From Lama guanicoe (taxonomy: Eukaryota): a stretch of 64,000 bases of DNA. The position numbers were made by a program, and so were the translations under genes. The stretch covers positions 248,001 to 312,000 of the forward strand of contig MU054032.1 in NCBI GenBank assembly GCA_013239625.1, read 5' to 3'. The notes under the pieces were generated by a model, which saw only the letters and a program-made list of their open reading frames with translations, made no database searches and had not been told where the DNA came from. This document shows positions 1-12,400 of the stretch, piece by piece (within the stretch, counting starts at the first letter, position 1; the number at the start of each line of letters is the position of its first letter).

Positions 1-1118
1 GGTTCGTTCTGTCACCTAACTACATTCTTTGCAGCTAAATGGCAAGTTATTTCTTGAGAAATCTGAGCATACACCTCCATGGCTGCCACAGTATCCTTTC
101 CCCCTTATTTTTCAGATGAAGAAACCAAGACTGACTTGGTGAAGAATAAATAGACAGGTAGATAAGTAGGCAGTGAAGCCAGGGCTTTGGCCCCCACCTT
201 GCTACCATTCTTTCTACTACAACAAGTTGCATTTAACAGTTTTTACTGAATGTCTATCCTATTAAAGACATTCAGTGCACAAAGCAACATTTAGTAGAGG
301 AGAAATGATGTATTCTGGGTAATTATAATGTAAAGAAGTAGTTCAGTGCTGGAGGAGGAAGGACATACGAAGTGATATGTGCTGTCAGATTCTATCCTGC
401 TGTAGGCTATCAGGGAGGGCTTCCTGGAGACGTGGCATTGGAACTGGCTCTTGAAGGTCAGATAGGCTTAGAACTTTTGGAAGTTAAGGGAGGCTGGACC
501 TTCTACAAGGAGGGAGCAAGGATTTGCAGAGCATGAGGGGCTCTGTGTCTTGGAATGTGTATGTTTATGTTCCTGGGTAGGGGGGCTAGATATAGCCAGA
601 GGAGGCAGCTGAGCCGTGGGTCCAAGAGGAAGTGATGAGTTGGATGGGATGTGTGATGTAGAGAGAAGACAAATAATCAGAGTATAAGTGGTCTAGAAGA
701 GGAGGATAAGGCCAGACAGACTAGGTGAGTAGCTTCTAGTTAACTGCATGAAAAGAGAGTGAACTGTAAGTTTTCAGTCCTTGTCTGATTTTTTTCATAG
801 TGTGTTTCCACCAGTGAGGGCTGGAACTCCTGTTTAGAGCTCTTTTATTCTAGTTCTAATGAATAGACCCAAGACTGCCAGCTTGGCTTGTGTAAACCCA
901 GCTTGCCTGGGAGCTTTACAATAGAGGTTATCTGGCTCATTTCTTCCTCTACTTTGCCTGTTGCTCTCTGGTTTTGTCAAAACTGCAGAGGATTAGAACC
1001 TGAAGTCCTAGATCTCTTACCCCACCTCTTCCCTTCTCACATCTGCAAGGACTGCTGCTTCCCTATCTCCTTTCCCCTCCTGCTTTCATTTCAGTAGCCA
1101 GGTAACAGGTAGCTGTTA

Positions 1119-1550
1119 TGTTACCCACCTGGGTTCTTGGACTCTTTTAAGAGGCCAGAAGAGACGTTCAGGCAAGGCTTTATTGGGAACAAAAATAAGT
1201 AATTGGTACCGTTGCTTGCTCCCTGAGGAGGGGTAGGCTGCTCCCTTAGATGGAGTGAGGGTAGGGATGGATCGGTGGGTCAGGCCAGAGGGGTGGCCTA
1301 GGTGGTCTGCCCACCGCCTTGGTGGGGCTGTGTGCAGGGATCATGCGCTGAACTCTGCTTTTGCTCCTGGCAACTCAGAAGTGGCATTTGGGTTTTGGCC
1401 TTTTTCTGTCTTGTTCATAATTTGCTCCAACTGCACGTATGTGCAGTTACTTTTTAGTCCCTCATAGGTTCTTTGTATTCTGTTGCTCCAGGACATGTTT
1501 GTCCAGGTGCAAGCATTACAGTAAAGGGTCCCAGGTCCCAGCCTATCTCA
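1119..1550 (-). mobile_element. Solo ERV LTR (ERV1-class appearance) in the presumed TIMELESS intron 1
   Basis: About 430 bp with TG...CA termini (minus strand starts TGAGATAGGCTGGGACCTGGGACCC) and a minus-strand AATAAA (tttatt near 1178). Family not assignable without RepeatMasker. Confidence 0.65.
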
Positions 1551-2411
1551 TTACCACCTCTCGTTGTTTTTACTTTCCGGGTAAAGTGACGTGTTGGAAG
1601 CAGAGGTTTGAGTGCTCCGCTGGGGTCAATTTTACAAACATTGAATCTTTGCTTAGAATTGATCCACTATGGTTGAGGCAAGATACAGGGGGAGGCAAGC
1701 TGGGAGGACTGAATGGGGTTATCTTTCCAGACATGGCTTTGTCCGCGTTGTTAGAAGACCTTACCTTTCGCACTTTTGAGTGTCAGTGTGATGCTGTGCT
1801 TTAGTTTGAGGAGGGTGTGCTGGCTCAGCGTCTCTACAGACAGCTCTGTCTGTCAGTTTCGTAGGCTGCCACTTAGAGCAGTCAGGGAAGCCCTTTAGTG
1901 TGTGTGTGTGTGTACACACCAGTGGCCTGTCTGGAAAAGCTAGATGCATTTTGAGGAAAGTCAGAGATCTCACATACTGCACCCACCTCACTGGTGCCCA
2001 GATCTCAGGGTTTCCAGGTCCCATGAGAACGGGCAGCGAAAGGAAGTCTCCCTTCAGTTTTCCTGGTCATTCAGTGAGTGTTTTACTGGCTCACTGTCGT
2101 TGGGCTGAGCAGTCAGAAGGATAAGCCCTGAGTGAGGGTAGAGGGGTAGCAGGCAGCCTAGAGAAGTGGCCCCGTTACATAAATGCAGCGAGATGACATC
2201 AGGCATTAAACCCTGGCCCTTTGGACATGACCCATTTCCTGTGGGGGAACAGGGGTGGAGTCAGGGGCTAGAGGAAGGTATGGAACAGGGAAAGAAAGAT
2301 GATCTTAGAGGAAGCTGCCACGCGCTGAGACCAGTGCAGATAAATGTGCTAAAGGGACAAGATTGATAGATACTCTTGGTTTTCCACAGGAGCAGGATGG
2401 TGAGTGTAGCA

Positions 2412-2450
2412 TGTGTGTGTGTGAGAGAGAGAGAGAGAGAAACAGAGAGA
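2412..2450. repeat. (TG)n(GA)n compound microsatellite
   Basis: tgtgtgtgtgtgagagagagagagagaga seen directly. Confidence 0.85.
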
Positions 2451-3054
2451 CTAGTGCCAAGTTTTGAAACATCCAGGATTCTGGATCTATGCCTAGTTAA
2501 TTATCGGATAAGGGGTTGGGGATCTTAATCAAAAGAGCATGCTTTAGAGAAGGAAGATGATTCTTCTGGGGAGAAGGGCAAGGAGTTTAGCCAGTTGCTG
2601 TTTGCTTCTTTTTCTCATGCATTCTGTTAGAAGCTGGCTGCTACTAAGATCACCAAAATTTAAGAGTAACTTCAGGGAGGAGAGTGAAGGAATTTTCTCT
2701 ACACGTCCTCAGCGCCTCAGAAGCCTCAGGGCTCCTGGATCAGATCCTCAGTGCAGTCACTGTACAGTTAGAGCTGGGTTTTCTCGATTCTCATGGCACA
2801 GAAGAGCTGTAACTATGAAAGTAGAGGGACTGGGTCTGGCAGTTTTAAGGGAGAGGGAAGCTAATTCCCCTCTTCCTCCAAAAGGCTGCAGAGCTTCCCC
2901 AGGGGAAGGTCTCCGAGGTGACACCTTTCGCCACCCAGCCTTTCTTTCTACTGGGGGGCTCTCTTGGCTCTGAAACAGACTTTCTACAGTTTCAGACCCA
3001 AATTAGAAGATGGGGCAGGTGCTTAATTCTTAGGCTTGGAGCTGCCTTGGGTTT

Positions 3055-3193
3055 TGTTTTTTGTTTTTTTCTTTTCTTTAAAAAAATTTTTTTATAGTTC
3101 TTTATTTTTATTTTTATTGGAGGTACTGGGGATTGAACCCACGACCTTCTGCATGCTAAGCATACGGTCTACCACTGAGCTGTACCCTCCTCC
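3055..3193 (-). mobile_element. tRNA-derived SINE (camelid Vic-1-like)
   Basis: Reverse complement carries the A-box (GCTCAGTGGTAGA), the B-box (GGTTCAATCCCC) and an A-rich tail. Confidence 0.85.
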
Positions 3194-3473
3194 GACCCAG
3201 AGCCTCCTTGGTTTTGATACGGTAGAAGCCTAAACTTAAAGCTTCCCCTGGGACTGAGGACAGCACTTTTGGTTCTGACAAAACTAAAGCCTTTGAGGGT
3301 CTTGTTCAGAAAACTCTGAGCATTAGGGCCCTGCCTGTTCCCCTCTCCCTTTTATGGAGAGGACCTTACATTTGTTATCTTTCCTTGTCTCTGCAGGCCT
3401 CATCGTTTCTGTCTCCCTTGCTCTACCTGCCTTACCTGTCGGCTGGCCCACTGATGTATGGACTTTGTACACG

Positions 3474-6400
3474 ATGAACTGTGAACTCCTAGCCACGTGT
3501 AGTGCCCTTGGGTACTTGGAGGGGGACACATACCACAAGGAGCCGGATTGCTTGGGTAAATACCTTTTTGAGGAAACAGGTTTTTAAAAAAAAAAAAAAA
3601 CTTGCTTGAGTCGAGGTGTTTTGAATTTCTCAAGCCATGGGTGTGAAAAGCAAGTGGGCCTGGGTGAGGTTCCTTCTAGGGTTCCGTGTAAGTGTTTATT
3701 CTGTCCCTGAAGAGAGTGTGAAGGATTTGATCCGCTACTTGAAGCACGAGGACGAGACGCGAGATGTGCGGCAGCAGCTGGGGGCCGCGCAGATCCTGCA
3801 GAGCGACCTTCTGCCCATCCTTACCCAGCACCGCCGGGACAAGCCTCTCTTTGATGCCGTTATCAGGTTGATTCCCCAGCCTTTTAACTTTTACCACATT
3901 CCAGCCTTTGGCATTTGTGCCTGGTGAGAAAACTTAACAACATCTCCCTCCTTCGTTGCCTCCCCAGGCTGATGGTGAACTTGACACAGCCAGCCCTGCT
4001 CTGTTTTGGCAGCGTGCCCAAGGAGCCCAGCTTCCGGCACCACTTTCTGCAGGTGCTCGCGTACCTGCAGGCCTACAAAGAGGTGCGGTTTTCCTTCAGA
4101 GTCCCTGGGGCAGCACTTGGGGGTGGTGGGGAAGGAGTGGGTTGGGACTACTTAAGACCCATCCCCCTATTTCATAGGCCTTTGCCAGTGAGAAGGCTTT
4201 TGGAGTCCTCAGTGAAACCTTGTATGAGCTGCTGCAGCTGGTGAGTCTCCACCTCATAGGATCCCAGGGGACAGAGCCCCAGGCCGGGCACTGTCAGGAC
4301 ATACTGAGTTTGCAGATATGGTCCCAGGCCTTGGAGATAACATTGTCCAATCCATTGTCTCTGCTGCCTCAGGACAGCTAGAACTCTACTTTCTTTCTTC
4401 TTAATTCTGATTCTCTTCTGTGCCTCTGTCCCCCAGTCAGGGTAGGTGGCGCCCACCTTCCGTAGGGAGCCTCTTCCTCTAACTCTTCCTCTGACTAGGG
4501 CTGGGAGGAACGGCAGGAGGAGGACAACTTGCTGATTGAGCGGATCCTGCTGCTGGTCAGAAATATTCTCCATGTCCCAGCCGACCTCGATCAGGAGAAG
4601 GTGATCTTGGGTTGTCCGGGTTCTTGTACTTGGTTAGGTCCAGCTGCCCCTTTTTCTCTGTTCTGTCCTCTTACAAGTCTGGGAGAACTTTGATCAAGGA
4701 ATGAGTTGGAGAACTTCATGGAAGGCCGTAGAACTGAATGACCTCCCTCTTTCCCCTCACCCCTCACCGCTCAGAGGATCGATGATGATGCCAGTGTCCA
4801 CGATCGGCTTCTCTGGGCGGTCCACCTCAGTGGCCTGGACGACCTGCTCCTCTTCCTGGCCAGCTCACCTGCGGAGCAGCAGTGGAGCCTACATGTGCTG
4901 GAGGTCATCTCCCTTATGTTCCGCGATCAGGTAAGACCCTGTCCTGTTGCTCCAGTCCCTTCCCCCATGTCGTTTTCTGCTACGCGTCCAGAATTGCTCT
5001 TGTGTCATGACTGAATTATCTGGGGAAGGCAGGTGACAGGTAGAGTTGCCATGTCTTAAATACAGTGTCCCATCAACAGTGCTATTTTGTTCACTCTTCC
5101 TGTCCCCACTAGGAATGAACTCACAATAAGGAATGACTGTCCTTCTGACTCTCCCCTCCTTGTCCCACATGTAGCACCCTGAGCAGCTGGCAGGGGTAGG
5201 GCAGGGACGCTTAGCTCAGGAGCGGAGCACAGATGTGGCAGAACTGGCGGTGCTGCGCCAGCGCGAGATGGCAGAGAAGAGGACTCGGGCCCTTCAGCGA
5301 GGCAACAGGTGAGCGGCGGGGAGCTGCTCTACCAGTGTTCCCATTCCTGCGCTACTGGGAGTGCTGGGGCTTGGGCCAAGTGCAGACAGTGGTGGCCGGA
5401 GAGCATTCTGCAGTTACAGCGTGCTCTGATGTGTTGGTGAGAGAGAGTAGGGACGGAGCTTCAAGAACATTGAGGAATCACTCTGGACCTTTTTTTCTCT
5501 GCAGGCATTCTCGATTTGGGGGCTCCTACATTGTCCAGGGCTTGAAGTCCATTGGGGAGAGGGACCTCATCTTTCACAAAGGTCTCCACAATGTGAGTAT
5601 GTGCCCGTTGCGGGTGGGAACATTGTGGAGTGGGGGCCCTGTGAAAGGTAAGCATCTCTGGAGTAAAGCTTCTCTGTTCTTGGGCTTAGAAAGCTGGAGA
5701 CTAGGAGAAATAGAGCCTTTGGCATTATTGTCTTTACCTATATCTTCACTTAGTACCAGAGGGCAGAGGGAGAGCACTTTCTGTGAGTTTCTTCTGAGAA
5801 AACTGCAGTACCAGGGACGTGGGAAGAGCTGCAGGGGAGGGTGGTGGTTAGGAGTAATTCTAATCCCCTCAACCCACACCCCCAGCTCCAAAACTATAGT
5901 TCTGATCTGGGAAAGCAGCCCCGACGGGTGCCCAAACGTCGCCAGGCTGCCCGGGAGCTGTCTGTCCAGCGCCGCTCTGCCCTCAATGTGAGACTCTTCC
6001 TCAAAGACTTCTGCTCTGAGTTCCTGGAGAACTGTTATAACCGGCTCATGGGCTCAGTGAAGGTGAGAGCCTAGGGAGGATGGAGTAGGGAGGGGATGGG
6101 GCCGGCCGTGGGTAAGAGGGGCAAGCTGGGGAGGGGCCGACAGGAAGCTGACCATGGAGTGTGGACTAGTAGGCAGGAAGGGCACCCCTGAGAGATGCTG
6201 TCGGGGTCAGGATGGAGTGGGTTATCGGTAATGAAAAAAGGGCTCTAGAGAAATTGCCCCAGAGGAAGGGGAAGGGGATGGGGGGAGAACAAGAGAAGGA
6301 TGAAAATAGTGGGTCCTAGAATATTGTTACTGTGGTGTCCGGGGTCCACCCGGTCATCATAGGACAGCGGGAAGTTGGAAGCCCTGAGGTCATAGAATGG

Positions 6401-9400
6401 TCTGTTTTTCCTGGACGTTAGGACCACCTGCTTCGGGAAAAGGCCCAGCAGCACGACGAGACCTACTACATGTGGGCCTTGGCCTTCTTCATGGCCTTCA
6501 ACCGAGCTGCCTCCTTCCGGCCAGGTCTGGTTTCTGAGACCCTCAGTGTCCGCACCTTCCACTTCATTGAGCAGAACCTCACCAACTACTATGAGATGAT
6601 GCTGACTGACCGCAAGGAAGCTGCCTCCTGGGCACGCCGGTGAGTGGGAGGAGAACTGGGGTTAGAGCGGATGTCTTGGCCAGGCTGGGAATCTGAATAC
6701 CTGAATTTTGGGTGGTACTGCCTTCCCTCTTTCAGGTTGAAGGTGTTCAGGCTGGGGAGCGAGGACTGGTTGAGTCATTCAGTTTTTGATGAAACAGTTT
6801 GAGGAGGGGAAGGTGTAGAAGAATGATGCTGTTTCCATGAGCCAAGGTCCTAAGTTGTCTTCATTTCACCTCTGTCCCTCTCGCAGGATGCACCTGGCTC
6901 TGAAGGCCTATCAGGAGCTGCTGGCCACAGTGAATGAGATGGACGTGTCCCCAGACGAGGCTGTGAGGGAGAGCAGCCGCATCCTTAAGAGTGAGGCCCC
7001 AGCCTGGCCTCTAATCCACCTCCCCCGCTTCTCCACCCGAATCCCACTCTTCCCAGCCCCAGCTTCGCCCATCTCTCCTTTGCCCAAACTTTCCAGGCCA
7101 GTCCTTCCATTCCTTTCTCTTTCCCATTTCTAGACAACATTTTCTATGTGATGGAGTACCGAGAACTCTTCCTGGCACTCTTTCGAAAGTTTGACGAGAG
7201 ATACCAGCCCCGCTCTTTCCTTTGTGACCTGGTGGAAACCACCCACCTCTTCCTCAAGATGCTGGAGCGGTTCTGTCGGAGCCGTGGGAACCTGATGGTG
7301 CAGGTACTGGGCAGCCCAGGGTGTGGAAAGAGCTGGGAGGAAAAGGTCCAGGATGGGGGTTCTCACATTTTCTGTAGCTTAAGCTGATCTGTGAGAACTA
7401 CCCTGAACTGAGGGCAAGCGTTTCCGTGGTGTTGCCAGTGTGAGTCTGCCTTGTGAGTTTCCTTCTCCCGTTAGGTGAATCCCTGATCTACCATAAATGT
7501 CTTAATTCATTCAGGAACATTTATTAAGCACCTGCTCTGTGCTAAGCACATAGACTCTGAGGGTTCATAATTTTAGAATTTAGTAATTAAGCTGTGATAT
7601 TTCTAGATTATACTTAAGAAGTACTGTAGTGAGATGGAAAGAGCCTTAAATTAAAAGTCAGAAGGTCTGGGATCTTGCCCTGTGTCAGTTATTGTTAGAA
7701 TAACTCAAGCTGCTTAGGTCAGCCTCCAGATCTTTTAAGTTGGTTGCAATATCTATCCATGAGCCTGAAATGAAATAATAAATGAAAAGTCTGGGGCCAC
7801 CTCAAGAAATTTGTATCCTGGAGACACAGGGACTCTGCTTTGTAAAAATATTCCTATAATTCTATTTGCTACAGCTTAAAATCTGGTCAGAGCTGGACTT
7901 GAAAAGGGCTGTAGTACCAATGAGACTTTGCTAAAAGTTCTTTTTACACTCAGGGCTCTGTTGTATTATCAGTACTAATGGATGCTGTCATTTATTGAGT
8001 GTTTACTTTGTCACAGGTGTTATGCTAAGGTTTTCCTGTAAGTCTCACTGCACTAGGACACATACATGAGTGGTTAAGCAACTTGTCCAGGGTCTTATTG
8101 GTAAATAGCTAGCGTCAGCACTTACATCCTGATCTGCCTGACTCTGGAGTTCATGCTCCTGATCTTTGGTGTGTTTATAAGTTCCTTGAATTGAGCATGA
8201 AGCTTATTAAGGGCCTGATAGCCCATGCTGTTTGTTCACAGAGAAGACTGGTTCACAGCCTTGGCTTAGGGGAGCAGGGCTGGAGTATTGACTCATTCTC
8301 CTGTTTTTCAGGAGAAAAAATCATGGTTTACATTTGCAGAGTGCTTTGCATTTTACAAAGCCTTTTCACGTAGAATTTCTTGTCCTCCTAGCAGATCTGT
8401 TCATTCTGTAGACTTTTGCTTAAGATAGCACTGCTTTGGGGAAAACTCTGGCCCCCAGGAAATGAGCCAAGTGCTTTTCCTTTTAGGCTCAGTCACGTTC
8501 TTGGTCTTATCCACACTGCGGTGTCATTTGCTTGTGTGCTTACCTGTCTCTCCTCTAGTAGACCACAAGCACCTCAAGGGCAAGGAAATGTGTGTTCACC
8601 GTTGCCTTCCTGCTGCCATCGAGCAGAACATAGCGGTCACACTGTGAATGTCTAGTTAATTCAGACATCTAGTTAATTAATTAATAGAGAAGACATGGAT
8701 AGGAAAAAGGCCTCTCTAGCTCTCCTGCCATTCCAACACAGCTCTCTCTCCATAGAACAAGAGAAAGAAGAGAAAGAAGAAAAAGAAAGTCCCAGACCAG
8801 TCCGTTGCTTCTGGTATGGTCCCCTGCAGCCCAGGGGAGCTGGAGGCTGTGTGGCCGTCCCTGGCCGAGCAGCTACAGTGCTGTGCCCAGGTACGTAGCT
8901 GCGGAAACCCTGTCTTTCTTGAGGGTAGTGCTCCGGGCAGGCTGTCTGGGTCCCCCCAAGCTCCTCCCTGCACTGTTCCCACAGCTTTAATAATCCCTCT
9001 CTAGGATCCTAAGCTCAGTTTGGACTCTATGGTTCCCTTTGATGCGGCCTCAGAGGTGCCAGTGGAAGAGCAGCGGGCAGAAGCCATGGTGCAGATCCAA
9101 GATTGTCTCCTGGCTGGCCAGGCCCCCCAGGCCCTGGGCCTCCTTAGGTCTGCCCGGTAAGAACCCTGCTTACCCATCCTCCTGGATCCAGCCCCGGGGC
9201 TTTTAGGGGCAGGGGGAGGCTTTCTCTGTGGTACCGGGTTCTCTGTCTTCAAAAGGGAAGTTCCATCGGAAGTCCTGGGGCCCTGTACTGAGTCAAGTCC
9301 TGGCGAGTTTTGATTGGTTTATTGGGGAGGTTTATTGTTTGTTTTCATTTTACTTTTGAGAAATACCAGAAAGTACAGCTAATTGGGGGAAAAAATAAAG

Positions 9401-12400
9401 ATAATTCTACAAGCCAAATATAGCCATCATTAACGTTGTTTTTGAGTTATCGTCCACAGTTTTTTTCCCCTCTGTGTTATATATACAGACACATATACCT
9501 TCTTTCACAAAATCAAAATATTGCAATACTGATTAATTTTTTCACTTCTCGAACATTGTGAGCATCATTTCGCATCAGATATAATTCTGCAATTGTTAAT
9601 GCTTTTGAAACACCATCGTGTTGAGGGGAGGATATAGCTCAAGTGGTAGAGCACATGCTTAGTGTGCACAAGGTCCTGGGTTCAATCCCTGATACCTCCT
9701 CTAGAAAGATAAGTAAATAAATAAACCTAAATGAAACACCATTGTGTGACTATGTACATCTGTTCAACTAAACATCAAGCATTTAGATTGTTTGCATTTT
9801 GTTCCTATATGGTTTTGATTGCAATGTAGCTTCTGAGGGGAAGTTTCCCTCCAGTCTTTTTCATCTTTGAGATAACCGTTCAATTCACATCCTCTTTCTG
9901 GCTAGAAAATAAAATAAGTCTAAATTTCTTCTCCCACTTCAAATTGTAACTCAGATTCCCTCTGGTGAAAGCCTTTTTTCTCCCTGTGCCCCAGGGAGGT
10001 GTGGCCAGAAGAAGATGTGTTTGGTTCTCAAGACATTTCCCCAGAGGAGGAGATCCAACTGCTGAAACAGATCCTCTGGGCCCAGCTTCCCCGTGAGTCT
10101 CCGTTTCCTTCGTGTCTCTCTCCCTCCAGCTCCTGTCTAGCCCTCGTCGCAGAGACCCAGTGAGCCCCATTCTTTCTGTAGGGCAGCAGGGCCTGGAGGA
10201 ACAAGGGGTGGAGGAAGAAGAGGAGGAGGAGGAGGAGGACGAGGAAGAGTTGCAAGTGGTCCAGGTGTCAGAGAAAGAATTTAATTTTCTGGACTACCTG
10301 AAACGGTGTGGCCCGAGAGGACTGAGGTGGTGCCCGGGTGGAGACTGGGGCGGTGAGGGCGAGCAGTGTCTTTCTCATGCCGACGTCCCCTCCCTCCCTG
10401 CCTTGGTGCAGCTTTGCAAACTCAACTGTCGTCCGAGCCTACGTGCTGCTGCTGCGCAGCTACCAGCAGAACAGCGCCCACACCAACCACTGTGTCGTCA
10501 AGATGCTGCACCGGCTAGCCCACGATCTCAAAATGGAAGCCCTGCTTTTCCAGCTTTCCCTCTTCTGCCTCTTCAATCGTTTGCTTAACGACCCTGCTGC
10601 CGGGGCCTACAAAGTGAGGGGATACAAGGAATGGGGGTCTGGAGGTGTTGGGGGGCCTGGGATAAAGGGATAGTCTTCAGGAGATAAAGTGCACTGAGCG
10701 GTGCAAGGCTGAGAGATGAGCGTGGTGAGGAGGTGGGCAGGAGGGTTGAGGGGGCTGCAGGGGGAAGGGTAGAAGATCCTGAGCCAGGAAGGGGCTTGTA
10801 GGAACAGGTGTAGAGAAAATACCTGGAGGGCTGTGTTTATATTTAGGCCCCAGGCCTCACGGCAGCATCCCTCCCCTACAGGAGCTAGTGACTTTCGCCA
10901 AATACATCCTGGGCAAGTTCTTTGCATTGGCTGCCGTCAACCAGAAAGCCTTCGTGGAGCTGCTGTTCTGGAAGAACACGGCTGTGGTTCGAGAGATGAC
11001 TGAGGGCTATGGCTCCTTGGATGGCGGGTGAGCTTGGGGATGGGGAAGGCTGGGGGGTGGGGGGGGTGGATGTGACAGTCCCAGAGTGTCAGAGCTGGAA
11101 GAGCTTGCAGATCAGTTAGTGTAACCTTTCTCTCCCTTTCACAGGTGAGAAAACAAGCCCTGAAGGTGAAATGCTTTACCTAAGGTCACGCAGGAGGGGA
11201 ACTGGGATTGAGCCTACGTCTCCTGTCTACCCTTGTTTCCTTCTCCTTCATCAGCCTCCATGGGGTGGGGGTCAGTGGGGAGTGGGGTGGCCCCCTAGAG
11301 ACAAGAGTGTATGTGCCCTGTCCCATGATGTGCTGGGAAACTGTAAGGATGCACAGAGATGTTTGTCATCTCTTCCTGAGCATCTCACTCCTCTCCTTCC
11401 ACTCTTCTCTCTTTCCCATAATACTCCCGGTCCCTGCGGCGGTCAGGTTCCATAGGCCCAACCTGGAAAATCTTAGTTTGACTTTTGGGTGCTTAAGTGG
11501 AAGAGGAGTGAGAGGAAGGAAACACACGTTAGGCCTCTGCTAACGAGCTCCTTTGCAGTACCTGCATCATCCTTATTCCTTTTGGAACTGACCAGAGGGC
11601 GCCTTTGATCTCCTCTTTTGGGGCCAACAGCCTACATGCTGCCCTCCTTTCCCCGTTTAGATCCTCCAGTCGCAGACCCCCTGTGTGGAGCCCAGAGGAG
11701 GAGGCCCAGCTTCAGGAACTGTACCTTGCCCATAAGGATGTGGAAGGTGTGAGGCCTTGAGGTCTGAAGAGTAAGGAGGGCAGCCTGAGCTCTGGGACCC
11801 CCCTTCACTGCCTTACTCCTCCCCCCCCAGGACAGGATGTGGTGGACACCATCTTGGCACACCTGAAAACCGCTCCTCGGACACGCAAGCAGGTCATCCA
11901 CCATCTGGTACGGCTGGGCCTGGCTGACAGCGTCAAGGACTTCCAAAGGTACAGGCCCATGCCCTGGGAGGAACTGAGATGGGGAACCCACCGTTCAGTC
12001 CCCGAGTCCCCTCTTCCCCGGATACCTCCCTAAACAGGAAAGGAACCCAGATTGTGCTGTGGACGGAAGATCAGGAGCTGGAGCTGCAGCGGCTCTTTGA
12101 GGAGTTCCAGGACTCTGATGGTAGGTGAGGTGGAAGATCAGGGGGCTTCCGAGATGAGGGCCAGACTGTGCGTTTCTTCTCCTGCTGCTTCCTGTTCCCA
12201 GGGAAGGCTTGTCCTGTCCCTTCTGCCCACTTGCTCTATTTGTGATGTCGTTTTTGAGTGAACTGAGCCAGCCTTTCTCCACAGACCTCCAATTTCCTTT
12301 ATTAATCCCTTTCCCCTGCTGCTCTTGGGCATTCACACTTCCCCTCTCTTTAGACGTCCTGGGTAATATCATGAGGAACATCACAGCCAAACGCTCACGG

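Noticed and set aside
3121..3193. tRNA-like A/B boxes here and at about 10 other sites
   Set aside because: They have A-rich tails and TSDs and recur with divergence, so they are SINE heads rather than tRNA genes.
3458..3484. The uORF peptide ends in HDEL, an ER-retention motif
   Set aside because: An 8-aa peptide with no signal sequence; a coincidence of the shifted frame.
5233..5991. 252-aa plus-strand ORF
   Set aside because: Runs through TIMELESS exons and introns in mixed frames; not an independent gene.
10191..10250. (GAG/GAA)n poly-Glu tract in TIMELESS
   Set aside because: A known acidic stretch of mammalian TIMELESS; in frame and unremarkable.
11125..11150. Pyrimidine tract plus CAG|GTGAGA resembling a recursive splice site
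   Set aside because: It looks like a decayed MIR core (ACAGATGAGAAAAC-like) in a short 633-nt intron, and no other support is visible.
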